Virus record (IMG/VR): IMGVR_UViG_3300013101_000005
Coordinates: 1-64,000 of that record
Length of the DNA: 64,000 bases
Strand: one strand, 5' to 3'
DNA from: a virus
In this document: positions 36,552 to 47,255 of the stretch, one piece after another
Position numbering within the stretch: the stretch's first letter is position 1
Layout of the letters: each line of letters opens with the position of its first letter
The notes under the pieces: model-generated
Told to the model about the DNA's origin: nothing
Seen by the model: only the letters and a program-made list of their open reading frames with translations
Databases searched by the model: none
Position numbers and translations under genes: made by a program

Positions 36552-37212
36552 TTATGTTAGTTTCTCTAAGAGAACATTCTTAATTAAGATGTACAAAAAT
36601 GTATTTGGTAATAACATTATATATGTTATAGAAAACATGACAAATACTTTGTCTGCTTATTTGAAAGAAGAGTTGGGACTGAGTATAAAATACTTTGCAA
36701 AGGGTCTTAACATGGACCCAAGATTAAATATAGGTGTTTTTAAATGTTCAAACAAATTTATAAGTGATGTTTATACAGATTTGTGTGATAATAATAAATA
36801 TGACTTTTATTGTTGTGTAGATCCCGGTGTTCTTGTATTTGAATATCCAATGTCAAAGTTTTTAAAGATACCGTTTGATACCTTTTTAGGGGTAAGATTT
36901 ATAGGTACAAAAGATGCACAGTATTTAAATATTAAGAAAGAACGCATGAATCTTGAATTAGACCTATTATATAAAGATTTAGGCAAAAATATAGAAAACG
37001 ACTTTTGTTCTTTTTCTAATAAAAAGTACAGTAAAGAGGATTATGGTGTTTTATTATGTAGAAGATCCTTTTTACTTAATACAGGATTATTTGCTCATGC
37101 ACTACAGAATGACTTTGTTCATACTGTAATAGATTCAGTTTATGTAAGTGATTTTGATATAGAGTATTCGCATGATCTTTATACATTTAAGTTAGGTAAG
37201 GAGGACAGATGA
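36508..37212 (+). CDS. Hypothetical protein, possibly a degenerate GT-A fold
   Basis: LTIVTI, YVIE, DFYCCVDPGV resemble an eroded GT-A pattern. Confidence 0.35.
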   Translation: MMYSKDILTIVTIPNYVSFSKRTFLIKMYKNVFGNNIIYVIENMTNTLSAYLKEELGLSIKYFAKGLNMDPRLNIGVFKCSNKFISDVYTDLCDNNKYDFYCCVDPGVLVFEYPMSKFLKIPFDTFLGVRFIGTKDAQYLNIKKERMNLELDLLYKDLGKNIENDFCSFSNKKYSKEDYGVLLCRRSFLLNTGLFAHALQNDFVHTVIDSVYVSDFDIEYSHDLYTFKLGKEDR

Positions 37213-37781
37213 CACCAGGAATATTCAAGTTTATAACTGGTCCAATGTTTTGTGGTAAAACTGAGGAATTGATAAGAATAGCAACAAGGTACACAATTGC
37301 AAATAAACGAGTTCTAATCTGCAATCCAAAAAGGGATAAAAGATTTGGATCAGGCGTTATTTGTTCACATAATGAAAAAGCGTTACAATCACATGAGATT
37401 TCTACTATTCAAGATGTATTTCCAAAAATACATAATTACAAACCAGGAATAGATGGTATCTTTATAGATGAAATACAATTTGTAAAAGATCTAAATATAA
37501 AAGATATACGAAATATAACAGAAGGTTGGGGTATAGATTTATATGTTGCAGGGCTTACTCTAGATTCTTTTAGAGAACCCTTTCCAGAGATTTTGAATAT
37601 ACTACCTTTTGCAGATATATTACATTTAGAATCTGTTTGTGATTTTTGTGGTAGTTTTTCTGCTAGGTATACCTATCGTAAGGATGTTGGGCATAAGGAA
37701 CAACTTTTTGTTGGTGGTAAAGAATCTTATTGTGCAATATGTTCTAATTGTTTAAATAAAAAAGAGAGCCCTTATGACTAA
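37209..37781 (+). CDS. tdk: Thymidine kinase
   Basis: GPMFCGKTEEL, IDEIQF, AGL..D.F..PF, C..C, GG.ESY...C..C. Confidence 0.95.
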   Translation: MTPGIFKFITGPMFCGKTEELIRIATRYTIANKRVLICNPKRDKRFGSGVICSHNEKALQSHEISTIQDVFPKIHNYKPGIDGIFIDEIQFVKDLNIKDIRNITEGWGIDLYVAGLTLDSFREPFPEILNILPFADILHLESVCDFCGSFSARYTYRKDVGHKEQLFVGGKESYCAICSNCLNKKESPYD

Positions 37782-39121
37782 AAAGAAACAAAACAAACCA
37801 AAAATTCGTGGTGCAAAACTTGCATCACCACCAGCAGACTCATTACTAACACCTATAAATATAGAAATAAATGGTTATGTTTATACTTGTTACGGTAATA
37901 GTAGAGTAGAGAGTATTGTTGATTCTGTAGAATCACACATAGACAATGACAGAGAATTTAAGGATAATATAACAGTCATTCAGAATGGTTATATAAATGA
38001 AGTTGTTTATGCACCAGCAGTTCTGTGTATGTTAGGTTATTTTGATAAAGGGGACCTTTATAACATTCTAATTGGACAAACAGCAGAGGAGTTCTTAGAT
38101 GGAAGTGAAGAGCAAGAATAAAACTGATTTGTTTTTTACAGATGCTATAGGAACCTTTTCTGTTCTTAATGATACTGTGTTTCTACCAAAGATATCAGCA
38201 TTTAATAAACTGTCTTCTTTAAAAGAAGCAGAAGAAAAATTAGCTGTTCTTAGCACAGTAGCCTTCTATGGGAAAACCTTATTGACACATGGTACTATTT
38301 ATAATAGAGAATACTTGTTTTTTTATTCGCACTCTGGAAACTTTGAAAGTAGTAGAATATTAAATAATAAAATTGATAGTCTTTCATTCTTTTCTCATCA
38401 GGGGTTTAGGTTAATAGTCTTACTAGCACGAGAATTGCAACCTATGCTAAGATCTAAAAGTTCAATTAAAACCTTTTTTAATAAAGATCATATGAAAGAT
38501 AGAAAACCTAGAATGGCTGTTATATTTGAATCAGAGAAATTAAAAAAAGGGATAACTGCTGCCTCATTTGATGTAAATGATGTCTTTGATGAAACAGAAG
38601 TTGTTTTCTTTTTAGGAGAAGATATTAGAGAAGTTAGGAACAAAGAGGGGACTCTTTTATTATGTTAGATTTTTGCATAGTAAACATGGGTGATTATAAT
38701 TTTAGATGTGTTCTGTCTGAAGAAACATACTTTGATTTTAGTGTGTCACAACTTGAACTTTTTGGTTACGATTACTTTTTTTCACACATGCAAAGAGGAG
38801 TTGGTGGTGCTTTATATGAAGTAGAAACAGGAAGATCAATAGGGGATGTAGTTTCAATTAGATATTTAAAACCTAAGGATGAAATTTGGGTTTTGGTTAG
38901 AAATGGTATACGTGGAGAATTGTATGCCAAACATCTTGGAGGATAATATGTTAGAGGTTACCATGTGGGAAAATATATTTGCTTTTTTCATCAAATTTAG
39001 TTTTATATCTTTAGTATCTTACGGTTGGATTAGAGGAATATTGGTCAATGTTATAAACAACATATATGGCGGTAAACTTGCTATAGAACAATCAAAACAA
39101 ATAAAGAAAGAAAGTACTTAA
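37774..39121 (+). other. Four hypothetical ORFs
   Basis: 37774-38121, 38099-38668, 38662-38946, ~38948-39121 (TM). Confidence 0.6.
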
Positions 39122-39448
39122 ATGGCAAAACGAGGAGAACATAAAAGAACGAGTAAGAAAGACAGCGAACTTTCACCAATGGGTAGGTGGAGAAGAAAGT
39201 ATAAAGATAAATATCAGAAATGGCGCAAAAAATATAAGCAAACAAATAAGTCAAACTCAAGGAATAAGGCAAGACGAATACTTATGAAGAGTGGCAGAGC
39301 TAAGGTTTGTACAAAGTGTGGTATTCGTCCTGAGTCTCGTAGGTTAGAGGTACATCATAAGAATGGTAAACCGTTGGATAACAGACTGTCCAATCTCGAA
39401 TGGAGATGTTCAAAATGTAATCCACGAGGAAGGGCCGCAAGTAAATGA
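39122..39448 (+). CDS. HNH endonuclease
   Basis: C..CG...LEVHHKNG...DN..SNL...C..CN. Confidence 0.85.
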   Translation: MAKRGEHKRTSKKDSELSPMGRWRRKYKDKYQKWRKKYKQTNKSNSRNKARRILMKSGRAKVCTKCGIRPESRRLEVHHKNGKPLDNRLSNLEWRCSKCNPRGRAASK

Positions 39449-40242
39449 CTCCCAAAGAAGTAGAATTTAAAGATATTCTTAGGAAATTAGGCAGAAGTGA
39501 TAATACAATAAAAGCGTATGTTAGGGACTTATCCCTTCTTTTTAAGAAGCACGATGAAATAAATAATAAAACTATACAAGATATGATATTTACAATGTCA
39601 GATAACGGTATAAAGCCTTCTACGGTTCGTAGATTTATTTCCTCTGTAAAGACTTATTGCTCAATTTTTGAGATTGAAATAAATTTTGCTAAAATATCAA
39701 AACCTAAGTTGGTACAACGGGAGTCTTCTTATATAACTGATACTGTTTTTACAAATGGTATTGGAACAATACTTGCAGAACATAATACAACACAACAAGA
39801 CAGGGAGTTTAAAAGTTTAGTATTTAACTTCCTATACAAAACAGGGATGCGTGTTTCTGAATTATTAAATCTAACGTTGGACAATTATAATACTGAAACA
39901 CATTTCATACAAATTATTGGCAAGGGAAACAAAGAAAGAAAAATTCCAATTCATGACACATTAGTATACGCTTTTGATCTGGCTTGGTTTTTTTCTAGAC
40001 TAGGTAGTGTTCATTATAATACTGTATTATACTGGACTAAAAAGTATTTTGGAAAAGAGTACTCACCACATAGTTTTAGGCATGGGTTTACAACAAAGTT
40101 GGTGAAAAAGGGGACTAGTGAGCGTGCTGTTCAATCTGTTTTAGGACACGCTTCCTTTGTTACAACCCTAAGGTACTTTCACTTAAACGAGGACGAAATT
40201 AGGAAAGAAGTAATTTCTGCATTGGAGGAAGAAAATGATTAA
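39445..40242 (+). CDS. XerC/D-like tyrosine recombinase
   Basis: S.NTIKAY..D, TGMRVSEL, GKGNKER, HSFRH, LGH, TT.RY. Confidence 0.92.
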   Translation: MTPKEVEFKDILRKLGRSDNTIKAYVRDLSLLFKKHDEINNKTIQDMIFTMSDNGIKPSTVRRFISSVKTYCSIFEIEINFAKISKPKLVQRESSYITDTVFTNGIGTILAEHNTTQQDREFKSLVFNFLYKTGMRVSELLNLTLDNYNTETHFIQIIGKGNKERKIPIHDTLVYAFDLAWFFSRLGSVHYNTVLYWTKKYFGKEYSPHSFRHGFTTKLVKKGTSERAVQSVLGHASFVTTLRYFHLNEDEIRKEVISALEEEND

Positions 40243-40654
40243 CAAAGTAATTTTACAGGGCAGACTTGGTGAGGATGCAGCTTGTGAAAATATTGATCAA
40301 CCAGTTAAATTTTCTATTGCTACTTGGGAAAGCTATAGAGATGAAGATGAAGAGTCTGGGTGGAAGACTACCACAACGTGGCATCGTATTACGCTGTGGG
40401 GGAAGCCTGAACACAGGAAGTCTACTGCTGATAGATTGAAAAAGGGTATGCTTGTATATCTAGAAGGAAAGATTAAGACGAGTAAGTGGACCAACAACGA
40501 AGGTGAAGAGCGTAGAAGTAATGATGTTACTGCACAGTTTGTTAAGGTAGTTCCTGTTGGTAAGGAACAAAAAGAACAAAGTAATGTTTCTGTTGCAAAA
40601 CCTACGCCTTCTCCTGCTGTTGCTGAAGAAGAACCTGACGACCTACCTTTTTAG
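40235..40654 (+). CDS. ssb: Single-stranded DNA-binding protein
   Basis: INKVIL.GRLG.D, T.WHRI, KG..VY.EG, acidic DDLPF tail. Confidence 0.95.
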   Translation: MINKVILQGRLGEDAACENIDQPVKFSIATWESYRDEDEESGWKTTTTWHRITLWGKPEHRKSTADRLKKGMLVYLEGKIKTSKWTNNEGEERRSNDVTAQFVKVVPVGKEQKEQSNVSVAKPTPSPAVAEEEPDDLPF

Positions 40655-40662
40655 GAGTGTAA

Positions 40663-41373
40663 GTGTATTACGTATATAAAACAACAAACCTAAAGAATGG
40701 CAAGGTTTACATTGGAATTACGGGTAGGGATCTGGATGGTGGGGATCCCTACCTTGGATCTGGTAAACATTTACTTAGTTCTATTAAAAAGTATGGTAAA
40801 AAGAGGTTTACCAGAGAAATACTATTAAGACACGAAGATCTTGAATTGGTTGCTTTTGTTGAGGAAGAGCTGGTTGATGAAGAGTTTGTTGCTAGAAAAG
40901 ATACTTATAATATTGTTATTGGTGGGGGGTATCCCCCTGTGCATAAAGGGGAAGCCCATCCTCTTTTTGGGGTAGGCCATTCAGAGGAATCTAAGAAAAA
41001 AATGTCAGATAATAGTCCAGACATGTCAGGAAAGAATAATCCAAGATATGGTTGCAAACTTTCAGAAGAAACGAAAAAAAAGATGGTAGAAAATCGTATT
41101 GCTCCATCAGGCAAAGACCATTATATGTATGGACGGACAGGAAATAAAAATCATTTTTATGGGGGGCACCATACAGAAGAGACTAAAAAGGCTCTTTCTG
41201 AGGCAAGGCGAGGGGAGAAGAACCCTATGTTTGGTACAAAAAGTCCAAATGCAAAACGTATTGAGATTGATGGTATAAAATATGAAACACAACAAGAAGC
41301 TGCTGATGCTTTAGGAGTGGAAAGGCACACCATTTGGAGATGGAAAAAACAAGGGAAGCACAACATAAAATGA
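40663..41373 (+). mobile_element. Free-standing GIY-YIG homing endonuclease with NUMOD3 repeats
   Basis: YVYKTTN..NGKVYIG, YLGSG, repeated (H/L)(S/T)EE(S/T)KK.(M/L), C-terminal HTH. Confidence 0.9.
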
Positions 41374-42287
41374 CAAAACTAACCAAAAACATAGTTACGG
41401 CATCTGGCCTTGGTGACCTCTTTGTGCTTTTGTCGAGATTGGATGATTTTTTTCTAAAAAATACTGAATATGACAAAATTAAATATTGGTCGTGGATCCA
41501 CCACCCGGAACTTGCCAGAGAATTAGTCAGTCATTCAGAACACGATGTAAGTATTTTTTCAGTAGAAGATATGACAAATTATCTAAAAGAGATAATACCG
41601 AAAGAGCACTTAGAAAAGGCATCAGAACTTTTTATACATCAAAAAGTCTCTGGTATTGGTGTAGATAAATACATGGAATTTATTTCTAGGTTCTTCCCTA
41701 ACATCGAACAATGTGTGTGGCTACCTGTATACAAAAAGTATAAAACCACATATCCTTTTCAGTTGGATGTACCTATACCTAAACGAGAAAAAGAATATAT
41801 ACTTGTCCACCCCTTTTCTACTACAGTTAAAACAGAAAAGGCTGAAAGAACTTGGTCAACAGTGCGGTGGGGCAGAACAATAAAAATGATAAGTTCCTAC
41901 TGTTCAAATGAAGACATTATTCTTATTGGTTCTTACAAAGATAAGATTGAGGGGCCTAGGGACTTCCCTTCTAAACGTGTTATTGATTTAAGGGGGAAGA
42001 CCTCTATTACAGAAACTATAGGGCTTATAAATGGGGCTAAGGCTGTTATAGGTATAAACTCTTGGCCAGCATTGATGGCCTATTGGAATAATACTCCTAC
42101 ATATGTACAATGGTTTGTACAACAACAGTTCTTGGATACACATGTCCCAAAGCCTGTTGATAAAATGAACCATGTAGTTTTTGAGTTTCCTCTTAAATCT
42201 GGGCCGCAGAATGAGGGGGCACACCCTACAGTAGATGCGGCATGGGTTAATATAAGGAAGGTACTTGATGCAACAGTTACTATTTGA
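41370..42287 (+). CDS. GT9-like (GT-B) glycosyltransferase
   Basis: GLGD, ILVHPFS, R.W, DLRGKTSI.E...LI..A...IG.NS. Confidence 0.8.
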   Translation: MTKLTKNIVTASGLGDLFVLLSRLDDFFLKNTEYDKIKYWSWIHHPELARELVSHSEHDVSIFSVEDMTNYLKEIIPKEHLEKASELFIHQKVSGIGVDKYMEFISRFFPNIEQCVWLPVYKKYKTTYPFQLDVPIPKREKEYILVHPFSTTVKTEKAERTWSTVRWGRTIKMISSYCSNEDIILIGSYKDKIEGPRDFPSKRVIDLRGKTSITETIGLINGAKAVIGINSWPALMAYWNNTPTYVQWFVQQQFLDTHVPKPVDKMNHVVFEFPLKSGPQNEGAHPTVDAAWVNIRKVLDATVTI

Positions 42288-44196
42288 AAATATAAATAGT
42301 AAAGAACTGTGGTTTCATAAAGAGGGGTGTAGATATCATATTATAGATACAGAAGCGAAATTGTCTAGAATGTGTGATATCTTAATGTCTTGTAAGTTAA
42401 TATCTCTGGACATAGAAACAACTGGGCTTGATATAGGAACATCTGAGATACTCGGTATTTCCTTTTGTCCAGAAGTTGGCCTTGCTTTTTATGTACCGTT
42501 AGCACACTATGGGGATGGTAATATAAGCAAAGAAATGTTCATTTCTTATTTGGCTTCCTTGTTGGAAAGTAAACCAATATGTGGGCATAATCTTAAATTT
42601 GATTATAAGTTTATTAATAAAAAATTAGGTATAAAAATAAATTGTGTTCATGATACTTTTATTATTTCAAAACTTCTTGATGAATTTGATTCATGCAAAC
42701 TAAAATACTTAGGGGAAGTGTTATTTAATTATACAGTGGTTGAACTAGCTGAATTAATGAAGCCATATAATTTAAAAGTGAATGAAGGAGATATGCTGAA
42801 GGCAAGTGAGATGTATGAATATGCTTGTCAAGATGTTGATTTAACTTTACGATTATTTAAATTCTTTTGGTTAGAGATGGAATGGCGACCGGATTTTATA
42901 TATGAACTTGAAATAGATTTAATATATTCTATTGCTGCAATGGAAACACGTGGTGTAAAAGTTGATTATGCTTTCCTTAAAGAGCTAAGAACAGAGTACC
43001 AAGATAAAATAGATGTACTTGGGGATAAAATAAAAGGTATTCTTGAAGTACGAAAAGATTTTAATTTAGAATCAAACCAAAAGTTTGGGGAAGCTGTTGT
43101 ACATAAGTTCCCTTGGATGAAAACAAAATTAGTATATACACAAAAACAGGGTATTGCTAAGATGGATGAAGAACATGTTAAACGATATATTGTTAGGTTC
43201 GATGAGTATTTACCTTCTAATGATTTATCTGATGATCAAAATCTTTTTAGATATTTTAAAGAACGTAAATCAATGCTTAATTTGGTTGTTAAGTATCTGA
43301 CTTCTTGGATTACTCGTATTGAAACAAATAAGTCTACCACAATATATACTAACTTTAATTCTCTTGGGACAGATACTGGTAGAATGTCATCAAATGATCC
43401 AAATATGCAAAACATAGCACCAAAAATAAGACATGCAATAATACCAAGAGAGGGGTACTACTTTATCTCTATGGATTATGACCAAGTTGAATATAGGATA
43501 CTTGCTGGTATGGCAAACCTTGAGCACCTAATTGTAGAAATGAACAAAGGTGATGCTGATGTGCATAAAATTGCGGCAAGTCTATTATTTAAAATTGGTA
43601 TAGAAGATGTAACAAAGGATCTAAGAACTAGAGCAAAAACACTTAACTTTGGTTTAATTTATGAAATGGGAATACCGAAACTCGCAGTTGCTCTTAGTAT
43701 ATCAGAGGCAGAAGCTGAAGAACTAAAAGAGCTATATGTAGAAAGATTCCTAAAAAAGACTCCTTGGTTTAAAGATGTAAAGAAATTTGCAAAAAAGAAT
43801 GGGTATGTTTTGACATCTTTTGGTAGGAAGAGAAGAATAGATAATCTTACTTTTCCATATAACCCATACCAAACTGATGAGGAACGTAGAGAAATTCGTG
43901 GTCTTATGGCGGCGGGGTATAGAAAGGCAGTTAATACACCAATACAGGGTACTTCTGCTGACATAACTAAAATAGGGCTTAATACGGTTCATAGTTTTTT
44001 ACAAAAAGGATCTTACGACATACATCCTATATTAGTTATCCATGATGATTTTGTGTTTGAAGTAAACAACAAATATCCTCCAGAGGATATAATCCCAAAA
44101 TTAAAAGATTGTCTTGAGATGCTATTTAAAGATAAGGTAAAACTAACTGTTGATAATAATGTATCAACAATTTCGTGGGGAGCAATAAAAGGATAA
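42268..44196 (+). CDS. polA: Family A DNA polymerase with 3'-5' exonuclease
   Basis: DIETTG, HNLKFD, YACQD; TGRMSS..PN.QN, DYDQVEYR, R..AKT.NFG..Y, N.PIQG, HDD. Confidence 0.95.
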   Translation: MQQLLFENINSKELWFHKEGCRYHIIDTEAKLSRMCDILMSCKLISLDIETTGLDIGTSEILGISFCPEVGLAFYVPLAHYGDGNISKEMFISYLASLLESKPICGHNLKFDYKFINKKLGIKINCVHDTFIISKLLDEFDSCKLKYLGEVLFNYTVVELAELMKPYNLKVNEGDMLKASEMYEYACQDVDLTLRLFKFFWLEMEWRPDFIYELEIDLIYSIAAMETRGVKVDYAFLKELRTEYQDKIDVLGDKIKGILEVRKDFNLESNQKFGEAVVHKFPWMKTKLVYTQKQGIAKMDEEHVKRYIVRFDEYLPSNDLSDDQNLFRYFKERKSMLNLVVKYLTSWITRIETNKSTTIYTNFNSLGTDTGRMSSNDPNMQNIAPKIRHAIIPREGYYFISMDYDQVEYRILAGMANLEHLIVEMNKGDADVHKIAASLLFKIGIEDVTKDLRTRAKTLNFGLIYEMGIPKLAVALSISEAEAEELKELYVERFLKKTPWFKDVKKFAKKNGYVLTSFGRKRRIDNLTFPYNPYQTDEERREIRGLMAAGYRKAVNTPIQGTSADITKIGLNTVHSFLQKGSYDIHPILVIHDDFVFEVNNKYPPEDIIPKLKDCLEMLFKDKVKLTVDNNVSTISWGAIKG

Positions 44197-45166
44197 TGGT
44201 AGCACATAAACAAATAGAAGAATTATTAAAAGTTAGTGGATTAAATAAGAAAAAGGCAGATTTACTTCTTGGCCAGATTATTGCTAATATATGTTTTAGC
44301 TTTATGAAAGAAGTGTCTGAGTATATCTATAAGGAAAGGGCAACAAGACAAGCAGAATATAATTCGTATTGTGATAGCATTTTTACTGAAATAGCTATTA
44401 GCATAAAAAATGCTCATAAGTGTGGAACTTTTGAGGAGTTTCATAGTAAGATTATGAGCCCAATTTATAGTGTACGTGTTATAGTTAATAATTTAGCAGA
44501 TAAGTATGATTTTATACAAAATAATTGTGATGATCTTGAACTTTTAATAAATTTAAAAGAAGAAAGTGAACAAATTTATAAAAAGTTCTTCAAAAGAGCA
44601 CCACGGAAACGGAAGGTTAAGGCGCATGGGAACAAATAAACAAGATAGAGATGTTAGGCTGAAGAAGGAAATCGTTCAAATGATGGGTGAGCGAGATGAG
44701 AGTATCCGTCAAGCCTTTGAACAATTTGATCAAAAAGTTGGTCAAGGTTTCCAAGGGGTGGAATACAAACTTTCTATCGTAATATCGGCATTAAACTTGC
44801 TTGGTATTAATGAAGAAAAGTTACAAGAAATTGCAAAGGGTATTCAAGCAAAAATGGGGGGTGAACAAAATGAACAAAACCAAGGTGGACCTACTCCTAC
44901 AGAGAGCATCGAAGATCCTAATGAATCAGAGGAACAACCTCCAAGCAACGAAGGAGGGGACGAGCATTTTGGATGAGATAGACGACCTTCTTAGTGGATT
45001 ATCCGCTTTTAATGATGATGTTATTAATGAATCATTAAGCGAGAACTTCCCAGAAGATAGTATTATGTCTGATCTAGATGCTTCTGGTCTTTGTGTCTTA
45101 CTTATTAATAAGAAAGACAATTTTGATGGTCGTGAAAGTACATGGTTTGATATGGAGAGTGTGTAA
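44196..45166 (+). other. Three hypothetical ORFs
   Basis: 44196-44639, 44626-44976, ~44870-45166. Confidence 0.6.
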
Positions 45167-45825
45167 TGAATATTTTGATAGGAGTTGCAGGGAAACCACG
45201 TAGTGGTAAGGATTCAATAGGAGTTCATTTAGAGGAGCATCATGGATTTTTCAGGTATGCTTTTGCTGATTATTTAAAATGGATTGCTGTTGAATATTTT
45301 GGATTTAGTAAAGAAGAGTTATGGGGAGAAAAGACAGAAGAATCTAGAAAATTCTTACAAGAATTAGGAAGATTCTGTACAGATATTGATACAAATTTCT
45401 TTGTTTCAAAAGTAGTTAAAAAGATTAAAGTAGATTATGAAAAGTGTAAACGGGATGGTATTCCTTTTTCTGCTGTCATAACAGATGTACGTAGAGAAGA
45501 TGAGTTAAAACTATTTGACAGGAATAGTACATTCTTTTTGACTTATGATGAAATAATGAATTCAGGGATTAGTATGAAAAATGCTTTTGACAAAATAGTT
45601 CTTGTAAAAGTAGAAAGACCTTTAGAAATTATTTTACAAGAGGAGCCAGGACTTGAGGAGAATATGAAACATCCTGTTGAACAATTAACTAATAACTACG
45701 ATAAATGGGATTATTTAATTTCTAATAATGAGGGAATGGATGTCCTTAAGTCTCATGTTGATCGTTTAGTGTTAGACTTAAAAGAGGATTCTAATAATGA
45801 TCTTAATAAAAGGGAAGTTGTATGA
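45166..45825 (+). CDS. Deoxynucleoside monophosphate kinase
   Basis: IGVAGKPRSGKD, FAD.LK, R..LQ..G, ITDVR..E, H..E. Confidence 0.9.
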   Translation: MNILIGVAGKPRSGKDSIGVHLEEHHGFFRYAFADYLKWIAVEYFGFSKEELWGEKTEESRKFLQELGRFCTDIDTNFFVSKVVKKIKVDYEKCKRDGIPFSAVITDVRREDELKLFDRNSTFFLTYDEIMNSGISMKNAFDKIVLVKVERPLEIILQEEPGLEENMKHPVEQLTNNYDKWDYLISNNEGMDVLKSHVDRLVLDLKEDSNNDLNKREVV

Positions 45826-46357
45826 TAATGTAGATGAGGCTATTCTATATTTTGAACCAACAATTAGACAATTAACAAATATGTTCTTAGGTATGCATCC
45901 TGAAAAGGATGATTGTAGGCAAGAACTTCGTATAAAAATATGGAATTTATATAATAATAAGGAAAGAGAATTTAATAGTGGCTATGTAACAAGGAGACTT
46001 AGGTGGGACACTATTAATTTTATAAATAGAAACACAGGGTATAATTGGTATAAAACATTCAAGTCATTAGATACTATGAAAGAAACAGAGAAAGATTTAT
46101 TATTTAGCTCTCTTGAAAATAAAGGGAATATAACAAAGGATGATGAATTAGAAATAGAGAGCATGATAATAAAAGCAAAAAAACATCTTTTACCAAGACA
46201 GTATGAAGCCTTAACTTTATTTCTTAGTGGGGCATCTACAGAAATGATAAGAGAGTTTCTTGGAACTCGTAGTAGAAATATGACAAAATATTATCTTCTG
46301 TTAGCTGAGGCATTTGCAATATTACGAGAGGTAGTGCATGACACAGTTGAAGGTTAA
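45797..46357 (+). CDS. Phage sigma70-family (ECF-like) sigma factor
   Basis: DD..QE..I.IW region 2, F..Y....L, L..RQ......F..G.S..I region 4. Confidence 0.7.
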   Translation: MILIKGKLYDNVDEAILYFEPTIRQLTNMFLGMHPEKDDCRQELRIKIWNLYNNKEREFNSGYVTRRLRWDTINFINRNTGYNWYKTFKSLDTMKETEKDLLFSSLENKGNITKDDELEIESMIIKAKKHLLPRQYEALTLFLSGASTEMIREFLGTRSRNMTKYYLLLAEAFAILREVVHDTVEG

Positions 46358-47255
46358 AGAGGCTCCTCTATATAATGTTAAAAAAGAGGATGTCATAAAA
46401 TTTTATCATTTTGTATACGCCTTTATCCTTGATTTAAAAAGGAGAAAAGGGGACAGAGTAACGCATCGTCATCGTGCGGCAGTTAAAGAGCCAGGGTGGG
46501 CTGCTGCTGAGATCATTTATTTAGCTCTATATGGCTATACAAAAAAGACAAAATTTTCAAAGAAAACACAATATCTAAAATGGAAAAGTGCCCCGAAGTC
46601 TTTTGAGAAACGTGTAATTTATTTACTAGGTACAGAGGGTATAAAGTATGTTAAAGAAAAAGAAAAAGAACTTTTGAATATAAGGGAAGAAAGAGGTGTG
46701 CAAGGCATAGCCCCGGTAAGCACCATATCGTATGAACTACGAACAGGGGACGAAGAAGTACAAATAAGAATGCAACGGTATATTGAAGATTTTGATTTAC
46801 ACTCTGCTGTTGATATAGATGTGCTTAAAAACCTTGTTCAAACACAGATACTTATTGAAAGTGCTCACAAAAATTTGTCAAAGGGTGAGGGTACCTCTTT
46901 TGACTTAAAATCATTAGCTTCACAATTAAAAGATTACGCTTTATTACTTGGTCTTTCTAAAAAGGATAGATTAGATTTTGGGGCAGAACGTAAAAAAGGT
47001 AGCATTGCAGAACTAGCTACAGTATATGAACAAACATTACAGGAATATCCTGAGATAAAGCATGATTTTCTAATGGATGAATTAAACATGCTTCTTGATA
47101 AACACGAACGTCTAAATGAGGACGGGGAGAGAGAGATAGCTTCTAAGTCTTTCAGAATTATTTCTGGTGGGTTTACTATAGAAGAGGCTCTTTCTATGAC
47201 AGGTAGAAAAAGAAAGAATGCAAAATCAAGCAAAAACCGTTCATCTAACACGTAA
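46338..47255 (+). CDS. Probable terminase small subunit
   Basis: Directly upstream of and overlapping terL; helical, L..L...QI...LGL....R. Confidence 0.5.
   Translation: MTQLKVKEAPLYNVKKEDVIKFYHFVYAFILDLKRRKGDRVTHRHRAAVKEPGWAAAEIIYLALYGYTKKTKFSKKTQYLKWKSAPKSFEKRVIYLLGTEGIKYVKEKEKELLNIREERGVQGIAPVSTISYELRTGDEEVQIRMQRYIEDFDLHSAVDIDVLKNLVQTQILIESAHKNLSKGEGTSFDLKSLASQLKDYALLLGLSKKDRLDFGAERKKGSIAELATVYEQTLQEYPEIKHDFLMDELNMLLDKHERLNEDGEREIASKSFRIISGGFTIEEALSMTGRKRKNAKSSKNRSSNT

Noticed and set aside
40663-41373. Group I intron or intein hosting the GIY-YIG gene
   Set aside because: Flanking genes (ssb with DDLPF end, GT9 with its own start) are complete and unrelated. polA and terL show no intein-sized insertions.
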